Shown here: positions 21,250 through 29,189 of the stretch, one piece after another
How positions within the stretch are numbered: position 1 is the first letter of the stretch
How the letters are laid out: every line of letters begins with the position of its first letter
Origin: Chloroflexota bacterium
GTDB taxonomy: Bacteria > Chloroflexota > Dehalococcoidia > Lucifugimonadales > JADFKI01
Assembly: GCA_027623195.1 (NCBI GenBank)
Contig: JAQBUT010000005.1
Location: forward strand, 1 to 64,000
Length of the DNA stretch: 64,000 nt
Reading direction: 5' to 3'
Notes under the pieces: model-generated
Database searches by the model: none
What the model was told of the DNA's origin: nothing
Seen by the model: only the letters and a program-made list of their open reading frames with translations
Position numbers and translations under genes: made by a program

Positions 21250-22128
21250 TTATTCGCCGAGCCACCTGTGAGGAAGTGAGAGCATGCTCTTGAAGCCAAG
21301 CTGGGCGCACAACTTTTCGAAAGTATGCCTGGGGACACCCTGCCATTCCAGGTCATCCACACCCTCAGATATGGGCACGTCCAGCCTTAAGGTGGCCAAT
21401 TCTTTATAGAGAGCCGCATCATTGCGCCGACCTTCCAGATTCGCCGACATGGTGGCGGCCCCTCTCACTGTAACGTCCCATTGGGTCGGGTCGGAGGGTA
21501 TGTCTTCCAAATGCAGATACCTGGCCAGGACCAGGTACGCAGACTTGGCGCCCCACCTGGGAATGCCTGGTATGCCATCAGCCGAGTCGCCTACAAGCGC
21601 CAGGTAGTCAGGTATGGATTCAGGTCTCACCCCGAACTTATCGACTACCCCCTGAGTGTCCAGGGTAATGCCTCTGCGTCTATCCAAGGCCACAACCTTG
21701 GGGTCCGTTACCATCTGGGCCAAATCCTTGTCAGGGGAGCAAATTACCACCTGCTCCACGCCAGCCTCGTTGGCCCAGGCATGCGCGGCGGACGCGATGA
21801 CGTCGTCCGCCTCGAACTCCACCATTGGCCACACCACGATACCAAGAGCCTCCACAGCCTGCTCCGCCAAGTCGAACTGGGCCAGTAGGTCTGCGGAAAT
21901 ACCCTCACCAGTCTTGTAGCCACCGAACATATCGTTACGGAACGACTCCACAATATGATCGAAGGCGCAGGCTACGTGGGTGGCCCCTTCTTCTCGTAAG
22001 AGAAGCAATAGGGTCTGCATCAGGCCACGGACGGCTCCCACGGGGCGTCCGTCTGGGGAGGCGATCTTAGGCATGGCGAAATACGCCCTAAAAAGCTCAT
22101 ATGTCCCGTCCACCAGGTGGATCTTCAT
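21250..22128 (-). CDS. Stand-alone 5'-3' exonuclease / flap endonuclease
   Basis: LVDG..LFRAY, EADD, SPDKDL, LVGDSADGIPG. Confidence 0.9.
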   Translation of the reverse strand: MKIHLVDGTYELFRAYFAMPKIASPDGRPVGAVRGLMQTLLLLLREEGATHVACAFDHIVESFRNDMFGGYKTGEGISADLLAQFDLAEQAVEALGIVVWPMVEFEADDVIASAAHAWANEAGVEQVVICSPDKDLAQMVTDPKVVALDRRRGITLDTQGVVDKFGVRPESIPDYLALVGDSADGIPGIPRWGAKSAYLVLARYLHLEDIPSDPTQWDVTVRGAATMSANLEGRRNDAALYKELATLRLDVPISEGVDDLEWQGVPRHTFEKLCAQLGFKSMLSLPHRWLGE

Positions 22129-22154
22129 CTGGTTAGCCCTTCTACCGGCTTTAC

Positions 22155-23126
22155 CTAGAACCAGTTGGCCTTGTCCACGACGTTCTTCAGCTCTCGCCCT
22201 TCGTTAAAACGAACGCAGTTCTCGACGAAAAGCTCCGTGCGCCTTTCCTCCAGGTACGGCCCCATGCCTGCCACATGTGGAGTGATGATAACGTTCTCCA
22301 ACGTCCACAGAGCGTGGTCGGATGGCAGCGGTTCCACCTGAAAAACGTCCAGGGCAGCTCCGCCGATTATCCCTGCTCGCAAGGCCTCCGCAAGGTCGTC
22401 AAGAACCACCACAGCCCCGCGTCCTATGTTAATCAGGCACGCGGTGTTTTTCATGTGACCGAGTGTCGCTGTGTTGAACAAGCCTTGCGTTTCCGGCGTC
22501 TCCGGGACGGTAAGCACAACGAAATCGCATCTGGGCAGCACATCGTTAAGGGCATCAGAGCCGTGTAACTCCGCAACGCCCTTCGGAGGCTCGGAGACTC
22601 GAGGGTCCACGGCCAGCACAGTCATTCCGAACTCGGCGCATAGGCGGGCGGTTTCGGCCCCGATGCCACCTACCCCGATGATTCCCACCGTCGCTTCCGG
22701 CAGATGAGTTATCTCATAGCCCGGTTTCCATTGCCGCTGGTTCTTGAGCGGAATGTAAACATGAAGCCCCCTGGCGAAGGCCAAAATGAAGGACATAATG
22801 TGGGCGCTGATGTGGTCGTTATAAATTTCTCTCGTGTTCGTGACGACTACGTCGCTGGTGATCAGGCTTTCGTGGTAATAACCTGCCTTGGGCCCTGCCT
22901 GTGGGCACGCTATCCACTTGAGGTTATGCGCCATCTCCAGCAGCTCAGGAGCGATATCTCCAAAAGCCGCATCCACGTCGTCTATCATTTCCATGGCCTC
23001 ACCCACGGAACCGGCAACCCGCACCTCTACATCAGGGCAGGCTTTCCTGATCGCTTGGGGCCAATCACGAGCCACCAGAGTGTTTTCATCGCCCCCTGGC
23101 GGAAGCAGTAACAGTTTAAATGCCAT
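22155..23126 (-). CDS. D-2-hydroxyacid dehydrogenase
   Basis: GVGGIG, INIGRG, ALDVFQVEPL, ITPHVAG; ATG 23126 preferred to the track start. Confidence 0.92.
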   Translation of the reverse strand: MAFKLLLLPPGGDENTLVARDWPQAIRKACPDVEVRVAGSVGEAMEMIDDVDAAFGDIAPELLEMAHNLKWIACPQAGPKAGYYHESLITSDVVVTNTREIYNDHISAHIMSFILAFARGLHVYIPLKNQRQWKPGYEITHLPEATVGIIGVGGIGAETARLCAEFGMTVLAVDPRVSEPPKGVAELHGSDALNDVLPRCDFVVLTVPETPETQGLFNTATLGHMKNTACLINIGRGAVVVLDDLAEALRAGIIGGAALDVFQVEPLPSDHALWTLENVIITPHVAGMGPYLEERRTELFVENCVRFNEGRELKNVVDKANWF

Positions 23127-23389
23127 ATCTTTTCCTTTAGGTGAATTACGCCTAAAAGAGATACAGCATTTTGGCCTCAGAAGCAACTGGATTCCGGAAA
23201 GAATCAAACACCTGCGCCACCAATATCACCCGACTTTTCGCACCAAATGCTAGTACAGAATAAAGGCGAGGACGTGTTTGCTATGGCCTCTAAGCGGCCA
23301 AAAAAAGACGGGGGAACTACGGTCGAGCAAAGGCTGGACGAGTATTTCTGGAATACGAAGCCGCGAAGTGACGGCTCCTGCACTTTCGA

Positions 23390-23908
23390 CTACTTGTACC
23401 TCATGCGCAACCAGTCCAATAGGTCGTTATCTTTCACCACTGTGGCGTCGTCCAGGGCGAACCTAACGTTGAGCGGCCCAATTTGGCTAACGAAGCTAAC
23501 CTGAATCTGGTCAACACCAACGTTAAGCGGTTGCCCTATGGCCTCGACTACCATAGGCACACTGAATTGGCACTTGTAACGTGCAGCGGCTAGTTCAGCC
23601 GTTGCACGAGTGGTTATCATTTGCGCTAACTCGGCTAGCGCCGAGCCGGCAACGTCATCCCAGTTTTGGACCTCCTCGCCCATTATGCAATCGATCATGG
23701 TCCTGGCAGTGTTCAGGCTGAAGCCATACAACACAGAACCCTTCACGTCGCCTTTGAAGGCAATAACGGCGGTGACGTCCTCGGTGGTCGTAGTATTACC
23801 TACTGCCCTGGCATTTTTCATGTCCAAGGCTATGCCGATCTCTTTTTCCCAAATCCACTGAGCCGGCGCAATGAACGCATTTACGAGATCAATATTAGAC
23901 ACGTTCAC
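23390..23908 (-). CDS. cheX: CheX-family phosphatase variant
   Basis: NAF, DVTAVI..GDVKGSV, SALAELAQM, F..P.VV; GGAGG RBS; last gene of the che operon. Confidence 0.8.
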   Translation of the reverse strand: MNVSNIDLVNAFIAPAQWIWEKEIGIALDMKNARAVGNTTTTEDVTAVIAFKGDVKGSVLYGFSLNTARTMIDCIMGEEVQNWDDVAGSALAELAQMITTRATAELAAARYKCQFSVPMVVEAIGQPLNVGVDQIQVSFVSQIGPLNVRFALDDATVVKDNDLLDWLRMRYK

Positions 23909-23932
23909 ACCTCCATAATGACACTTTATTAA

Positions 23933-24583
23933 TTACTGGCTTTCTGGCCACCAACCCCACCAGTTCTCCTTGCCGCAACTTGTACATTTCACCTTAGCCG
24001 CAACGTTTCCGTCCGCTTCGCAAGATGCGCATGTAAACGTCTTTTGAGCCCTATATCCCAAGGTCGACTTCAGGTTGTCCAGAACGCCTTCCAGGCGGCT
24101 TCCCATGAGCTGCACCTGTGTAGAAAATGTCTGATATTCCTGATGTATTTGCATAATGCTATTGTTTGATTCCGCCAATGCGGCTTCCAGGCGCTCTATT
24201 CGCGCCGCCAACGCATTTAGCGCTTCGGCGTCCACCGTAGCCATAATTGGCACAGGCTGCGGCGGGAGTACAGGCTCTGGCACCGCCACTGGTTCTGGCG
24301 CAAACACCGGGGCAGGCGGTGGTGCCGGTGGAGGCGCAGGAGGCGGCGCCACGGGCACAGGCATAGGCGTTGGTGTCGGTTCCGGAACAGGCCCGGGTTG
24401 CTCGGCCACAGCAACCCGGGCAGGCTGTGGCTCAGGCTCTGGTTCCTCGACTACTGGCTCAGGTTCACTTTCTGACACAGGAGGAGTAGAGGACGCTTCG
24501 CCCTCGTCGTCGCCATCGTCCGACCCTCCGGCCAGCATGGCATCAATCTCTTCCTGGGAAAGTACCTTGTTATCGTTGCTCAT
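23933..24583 (-). CDS. Hypothetical protein: FliM-like N-terminal peptide, Pro-rich linker, coiled coil, C4 zinc ribbon
   Basis: VLSQEEIDAML; CASC-x11-CTSC; ENWWGWWP; embedded in the che operon. Confidence 0.8.
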   Translation of the reverse strand: MSNDNKVLSQEEIDAMLAGGSDDGDDEGEASSTPPVSESEPEPVVEEPEPEPQPARVAVAEQPGPVPEPTPTPMPVPVAPPPAPPPAPPPAPVFAPEPVAVPEPVLPPQPVPIMATVDAEALNALAARIERLEAALAESNNSIMQIHQEYQTFSTQVQLMGSRLEGVLDNLKSTLGYRAQKTFTCASCEADGNVAAKVKCTSCGKENWWGWWPESQ

Positions 24584-24586
24584 CCA

Positions 24587-25657
24587 TTACGTAACCTGGA
24601 CTATCAATCTTCCTTGGTTTTCCGGCATAGAAAGATCCATGTCGTAAGGCTCCTTTATTTGTCGGCTTCTCTCATCGAAGCATATCCGGACTGTTGGCCT
24701 GCCTATGTGCCCCAAATTACAATTCGATATAATCCCCGTCTCGCCAGTGTTAAGTTGGACCGTTACGCCTGTCGGGTACAGGGGCACCTGTCGAGTGAAT
24801 ATTTCTACAAGATCTGGATCGAAAAGATCCCCACTGAATGCCATGATGTATTCAACAGCTTCGTGGGGCATGTACCCTGGCCTGTCAGGCCGCTTTGAAG
24901 CCATCTCATAATAGCTATCGCAAATTCCGACTATTCGGGCGATCAGCGGTATTTCCTCTCCAGCCAGTCCATCTGGGTAGCCGCTGCCGTCCCACCTTTC
25001 ATGGTGGTAATAAATGGCCTCGGAAACTTCGGGGCCGAACCGGTTCAGCTGGCTCATAATCTCTGCTCCGAGAGCAGCATGCTGCCTGATCTGCAGTTCC
25101 TCCTCGGACGTCGGATTTGGCTTACCTTGCAGCCCAAATGGCAACAGTATGTAGCCAATATCCTTGAACAACGCAGCCATGCCCACACCGGCCAATTCCA
25201 GCATGCCAAGTTCTTTGCGCCTACCCAAGAGCAGGGCAAGGCCGGCAACCTTTGCCGGCTGCTGAAATGCGTATTCCTTCAGGGAATGACACCCAGACGC
25301 GTTTATCTCCCCAATGACCTCAGGGAATAGCTCCCGAGTCATCTCGATGATAGGGTTCTCCGCCTCTTCGAGAAGTTCGTCATCTATCAACTTCTCGCCC
25401 TGGGACTCCACAATAATGGTACGCAAGGCTTGTGTGGCCATGCCCTCCAACTCGGGGGCAATTAGGGGTTGCACCGGCACATCTGCCACGCGCCAGTCCT
25501 CTATAAAAAGCTCTGCGACCTCATAAATACTGAAGGTCTGCATTAGCTCCGGCGTGACAGCGGCGCCTTTAGGTACTAGCTCGAATCCACGGCTATCGTA
25601 GATAGCTCGACCAAGCTTCATTCCCTCTTTGGCATTCTTAGCTGCTATACGGCGCAT
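24587..25657 (-). CDS. HD-GYP domain protein with degenerate metal ligands
   Basis: HHERWDGSGYPDGL, ARIVGICD, FDP, YPTG..V.LNTGE; HD replaced by KD. Confidence 0.88.
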   Translation of the reverse strand: MRRIAAKNAKEGMKLGRAIYDSRGFELVPKGAAVTPELMQTFSIYEVAELFIEDWRVADVPVQPLIAPELEGMATQALRTIIVESQGEKLIDDELLEEAENPIIEMTRELFPEVIGEINASGCHSLKEYAFQQPAKVAGLALLLGRRKELGMLELAGVGMAALFKDIGYILLPFGLQGKPNPTSEEELQIRQHAALGAEIMSQLNRFGPEVSEAIYYHHERWDGSGYPDGLAGEEIPLIARIVGICDSYYEMASKRPDRPGYMPHEAVEYIMAFSGDLFDPDLVEIFTRQVPLYPTGVTVQLNTGETGIISNCNLGHIGRPTVRICFDERSRQIKEPYDMDLSMPENQGRLIVQVT

Positions 25658-25697
25658 TGGTTTACCCCACCCTCACTATGTAAACACTTTCCTGCGA

Positions 25698-26519
25698 TTA
25701 AACCTTGCCGACCCGCAAAGGTTTCTTGGCAGCGGTTCCGTTGCCGACTTTTTTGTAAAAGCAGTTGGTAACCCTGGCGAATCCTATTTCTATTGAGCTG
25801 AGCAGCGACTCGGTAGCTCCAATGAATAGCATCCCCTGGTCGTTAAGCGAGTTGTGGAACCCTCTATAAAGCCTGTCTTTGGCTTCGTCCGAGAAATATA
25901 TGACAACGTTTCGGCACATCACCAGATCGAAACCCGTTTCGAAAACGTCATTGAGAAGGTTTTGCTTCTTGAAGATGACCTTCTTCTTTAGGTCTTCAGT
26001 CAAGAAGAAATCGTTGTCCCGCTTTTCGAAGTATTTCAGAACGAACTTTCGATCAACGTTTTTAATGTCTGCCGCTGTGTACGGGCCGCCGTTTCTGGCT
26101 TTAGCTATGACGCCGTCGTCGAGGTCGGTTGCCACCACTTTATGGTTTTGACCGGGGGCCAGGTCGTCCAGAATCATCGCAACTGAGTATGGTTCGCCAC
26201 CGTGGGAGCATCCCGCACTCCATACGCTGAGCTTCTGCCTACCCTTAAGTAGCTCAGGGAATATTTGATTCCTTAAAATCTGGAACTGCTCGGCATCCCT
26301 GAAGAATTCCGACACATTGATGGTCATGAAGTTCTTCAGCTTTACAAGCGCATCCGGGTCCTTCTTGATCAGCTCGCAATACTCTGCCACGCTGGGTGCG
26401 TTGGATGAGACCAACCCGGACAGACGGCGTCTCATCTGCTGCGATTTGTAGTTCACCAAATCGATGCCAGTGAGTTTGAGAATTTGCTGTGAAATAAGCT
26501 CGTATTCCTGGTCTTCCAC
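25698..26519 (-). CDS. cheR: Chemotaxis methyltransferase CheR
   Basis: TINVSEFFRD, WSAGCS.G.EPYS, CRNVVIYF. Confidence 0.96.
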   Translation of the reverse strand: MEDQEYELISQQILKLTGIDLVNYKSQQMRRRLSGLVSSNAPSVAEYCELIKKDPDALVKLKNFMTINVSEFFRDAEQFQILRNQIFPELLKGRQKLSVWSAGCSHGGEPYSVAMILDDLAPGQNHKVVATDLDDGVIAKARNGGPYTAADIKNVDRKFVLKYFEKRDNDFFLTEDLKKKVIFKKQNLLNDVFETGFDLVMCRNVVIYFSDEAKDRLYRGFHNSLNDQGMLFIGATESLLSSIEIGFARVTNCFYKKVGNGTAAKKPLRVGKV

Positions 26520-26564
26520 GTTCGTCAGTCCTTTTCTAAGCTTGGGATATTTAATGGATTCGGG

Positions 26565-27617
26565 CTATTCAGAGCACATTTTTACGATTTGGGCTGCCAT
26601 TTTTTTGAGAGGCGCCACAGCGTCCACATAACCCGCTTCGAATACGCTTCTCGGCATGCCGTATACGGCGCAGGAAGACTCGTGCTCGGCAGCTATTTTG
26701 CCACCTGCCGCCTTGATTAGCGCCGCACCGTCCGTACCGTCATTGCCCATGCCAGTCAGGATGACGCCTAAGGAGGCTTTGCCGTAAACCCCTGCAACCG
26801 ACTCCATCGTCTTATTAACGGCTGGGCGAACCCCACAAACAGTGGGGCCTTTATCCAGAACAATCTCGCCCTTCCTGTTCACTAGCATGTGGAATCCACC
26901 TGGAGCTAACAAAGCATTTCCGTACTCCAACTGGTCACCTGCTTTGGCCTCTTTAACGCTGTAGGAGCAGGCCGTGTTCAGCCGCTGCGCCAGCGAATTT
27001 GTAAAGTCAGGAGGCATGTGCTGCACAATTAGAATTGCCGCAGGCAAATCTCCGGGCAATGCCGGCATCAACTCCGCCAGCGCCTTAGGCCCCCCGGTGG
27101 AAGTTCCGATCACAAGAACTTTTTTTCTGCCCGTTGAGGCTTTGGAGCCATTGACAGTCGGCCTACTCATTCTTGCGCTCTTAACTCTGCCAAGAACCTT
27201 CAGTTTCAGAGGTGGTATCTTCGAAGCTACCTTGATCTTGGTGATCAGTTCCAACGCCTCTTCCGATCTCCCGGCCGGGCTCATGGCCGAGGGCTTCAGG
27301 AAGAAGTCCACTGCCCCCTTTTCCAAGGCTTCAATTGTCGTACCCGTGTTTTCGCCCGTCATGGCGCTTAGCATGACGACGGGTGTTGGGACCTCTGCCA
27401 TGATGAGGTCCAAGGCCTGCAACCCATCCACGTTGGGCATAGTAACGTCCAGCGTAACCACGTCCGGTCTCAGGCTCTTAACCTGTTCGAAGGCATCCTG
27501 GCCATCGCGGGCGGTGCCGACTACCTCTAATTCGGAATCGGCATTAATCATCTTGGTGATGGATTTCCTTGCAAAGGCGGAATCATCTACGACCAGAACC
27601 CTGATTTTATCGCTCAT
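26565..27617 (-). CDS. cheB: Chemotaxis methylesterase CheB
   Basis: REC domain plus GTSTGGP, QHMP, LTGMGNDG, VYGMP. Confidence 0.96.
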   Translation of the reverse strand: MSDKIRVLVVDDSAFARKSITKMINADSELEVVGTARDGQDAFEQVKSLRPDVVTLDVTMPNVDGLQALDLIMAEVPTPVVMLSAMTGENTGTTIEALEKGAVDFFLKPSAMSPAGRSEEALELITKIKVASKIPPLKLKVLGRVKSARMSRPTVNGSKASTGRKKVLVIGTSTGGPKALAELMPALPGDLPAAILIVQHMPPDFTNSLAQRLNTACSYSVKEAKAGDQLEYGNALLAPGGFHMLVNRKGEIVLDKGPTVCGVRPAVNKTMESVAGVYGKASLGVILTGMGNDGTDGAALIKAAGGKIAAEHESSCAVYGMPRSVFEAGYVDAVAPLKKMAAQIVKMCSE

Positions 27618-27663
27618 TTATTTCTCCGAAACGGTCATTCACGAAACGGTGAGCCATACTGCG

Positions 27664-28020
27664 TTAAGCCATTATCCTTTCTAAGGCGGCCATAACCCGG
27701 TCAGCATCAAAGGGCTTCACGACGAAGTCCTTGGCGCCCGCCTTGAGGGCCTCCATGACTATGGACTGCTGGCCCATAGCTGTGACCATTGCCACGTTGG
27801 CCTTGGGGTCAATCTTCTTGATCTCCTTCAATGCCTGGAGACCGTCCATGTCCGGCATGGTAATGTCTAGAAGAACTGCATCCGGTTTTTCTGTCTTATA
27901 GGTTTCCACGGCCTCGGCGCCTGTGGCAGCCTCAATCACCTCGAAACCCTTGGATGACAGTAATTTCGTTGCTTTCATTCTCATAAACTGCGCGTCGTCA
28001 ACAACCAGTATTTTAGTCAT
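27664..28020 (-). CDS. cheY: Chemotaxis response regulator CheY
   Basis: VDDAQFMR, DITMPDMDG, AMGQQ, GAKDFVVKPF (Bacillus/Thermotoga/archaeal-type). Confidence 0.95.
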   Translation of the reverse strand: MTKILVVDDAQFMRMKATKLLSSKGFEVIEAATGAEAVETYKTEKPDAVLLDITMPDMDGLQALKEIKKIDPKANVAMVTAMGQQSIVMEALKAGAKDFVVKPFDADRVMAALERIMA

Positions 28021-28029
28021 TTCTTCACC

Positions 28030-28527
28030 TCACAGATCTTGCATCTGACTGCCCGCCTGGGTAACCGTTACTCGGCCGGAGTCGACGTATAAACGTAGCG
28101 TTCGGCCAGTGTGGCCACCGACTTCTTCGGCCGCTATTTTTAGCCCATGTTTTGCTGAGTTTTCTTTTGTCGCCTCTATATTTCGTTCGCCAGTTTTGAA
28201 GATGGGGTTACTGCTTTGCGTCATCGAGATCTGAGCCCCGCCCGAGATCTTTATTACCAGGCGACTCTTCAGCGCGCCGAGTTTACCCATCTCCTCCAGC
28301 AGAGCTGGAAATGCTGTGTCTGCGAACTTCCCAGGCAGTTTCGAATCTCTCCCATCGGACGATGGAAGAACAATATGCACCAGTCCCGCCACCTTAGCGA
28401 CGGCATCGTAAGCGCTGACGGCTACGCAAGAACCAAGTCCAAGGCAAGAGAGAATCGTCGAACTATCTTTCGACACCTGCATCTCACCTAAGCCGACAAC
28501 GATCGTCTGCTGTTGAGTAGTTGTCAT
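28030..28527 (-). CDS. cheD: Chemoreceptor glutamine deamidase CheD
   Basis: LGLGSCV, HIVLP, KFADT, GGAQ, GERN, GG..GR. Confidence 0.93.
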   Translation of the reverse strand: MTTTQQQTIVVGLGEMQVSKDSSTILSCLGLGSCVAVSAYDAVAKVAGLVHIVLPSSDGRDSKLPGKFADTAFPALLEEMGKLGALKSRLVIKISGGAQISMTQSSNPIFKTGERNIEATKENSAKHGLKIAAEEVGGHTGRTLRLYVDSGRVTVTQAGSQMQDL

Positions 28528-29144
28528 TAATCACACCAACGCTCGGCTAACGCTGTCTGAAGGCCAATGCTCGGCAGGCATAAAAATGCGCCGTTTATCT
28601 GCCTGTCGTTGGTCCCGAATACGGTCTCCAGCACCAGAGCCTCGTCCATCTCCAGCATTATCTCTGCGAGTACCGCATCGAGAATTGCTCCGGCCATGTC
28701 CATCATTACGGCCGGCGGAGAGACCCTGAGGTCCAGATCCGTCGCATCGCCCAAGGCATTCAAAAAGAATGAACCGAATACGTTTCCCATCTCTCCTAAT
28801 ACGGATTGCTCCATCTCACCCAGAACCTTCGTCGTGCCCGGTGGCTCGTCCAAAAGCATGTCTATGAGATCGAAGGCCGTCTGAGGCTGATAAATCACCA
28901 CCATGTGCCCGCTAGCTGATCCTGAAATGCTCAGGTATATGGCGGCAGTCGTTACCTCCGGCCCCCCAACCAAAGAGGCTGCGTCTTTCACGGCTATTTG
29001 CCGGGCTTTGATTGAAGTCAGGGTCACCTCTTGACCCATCATGTCGCCTAGCCCGGAAATGGCGTTAGTGACGCCTTTAGTGACGATTGCGGTCCAGGTC
29101 TTAATTCCCGATTCGTCCAATACCAAGTTATGAGGATTAGTCAA
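28527..29144 (-). CDS. cheC: CheY-P phosphatase CheC
   Basis: SVLGEMGNV..S.FLNAL, SPP...DMAGAIL; stop overlaps the cheD start. Confidence 0.9.
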   Translation of the reverse strand: MTNPHNLVLDESGIKTWTAIVTKGVTNAISGLGDMMGQEVTLTSIKARQIAVKDAASLVGGPEVTTAAIYLSISGSASGHMVVIYQPQTAFDLIDMLLDEPPGTTKVLGEMEQSVLGEMGNVFGSFFLNALGDATDLDLRVSPPAVMMDMAGAILDAVLAEIMLEMDEALVLETVFGTNDRQINGAFLCLPSIGLQTALAERWCD

Positions 29145-29189
29145 ATTATTTCCCTTCCTTTGGCAGGATACGTTGGGGCCTCTGTTCGG

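Noticed and set aside
23933..24583. Annotation as fliM or fliY
   Set aside because: Only the short N-terminal peptide matches; no CheC-like or SpoA domain.
24156..24647. Gly-rich antisense ORF, and other antisense or overlapping ORFs in the track
   Set aside because: These are shadow frames of well-supported genes on the other strand or frame.
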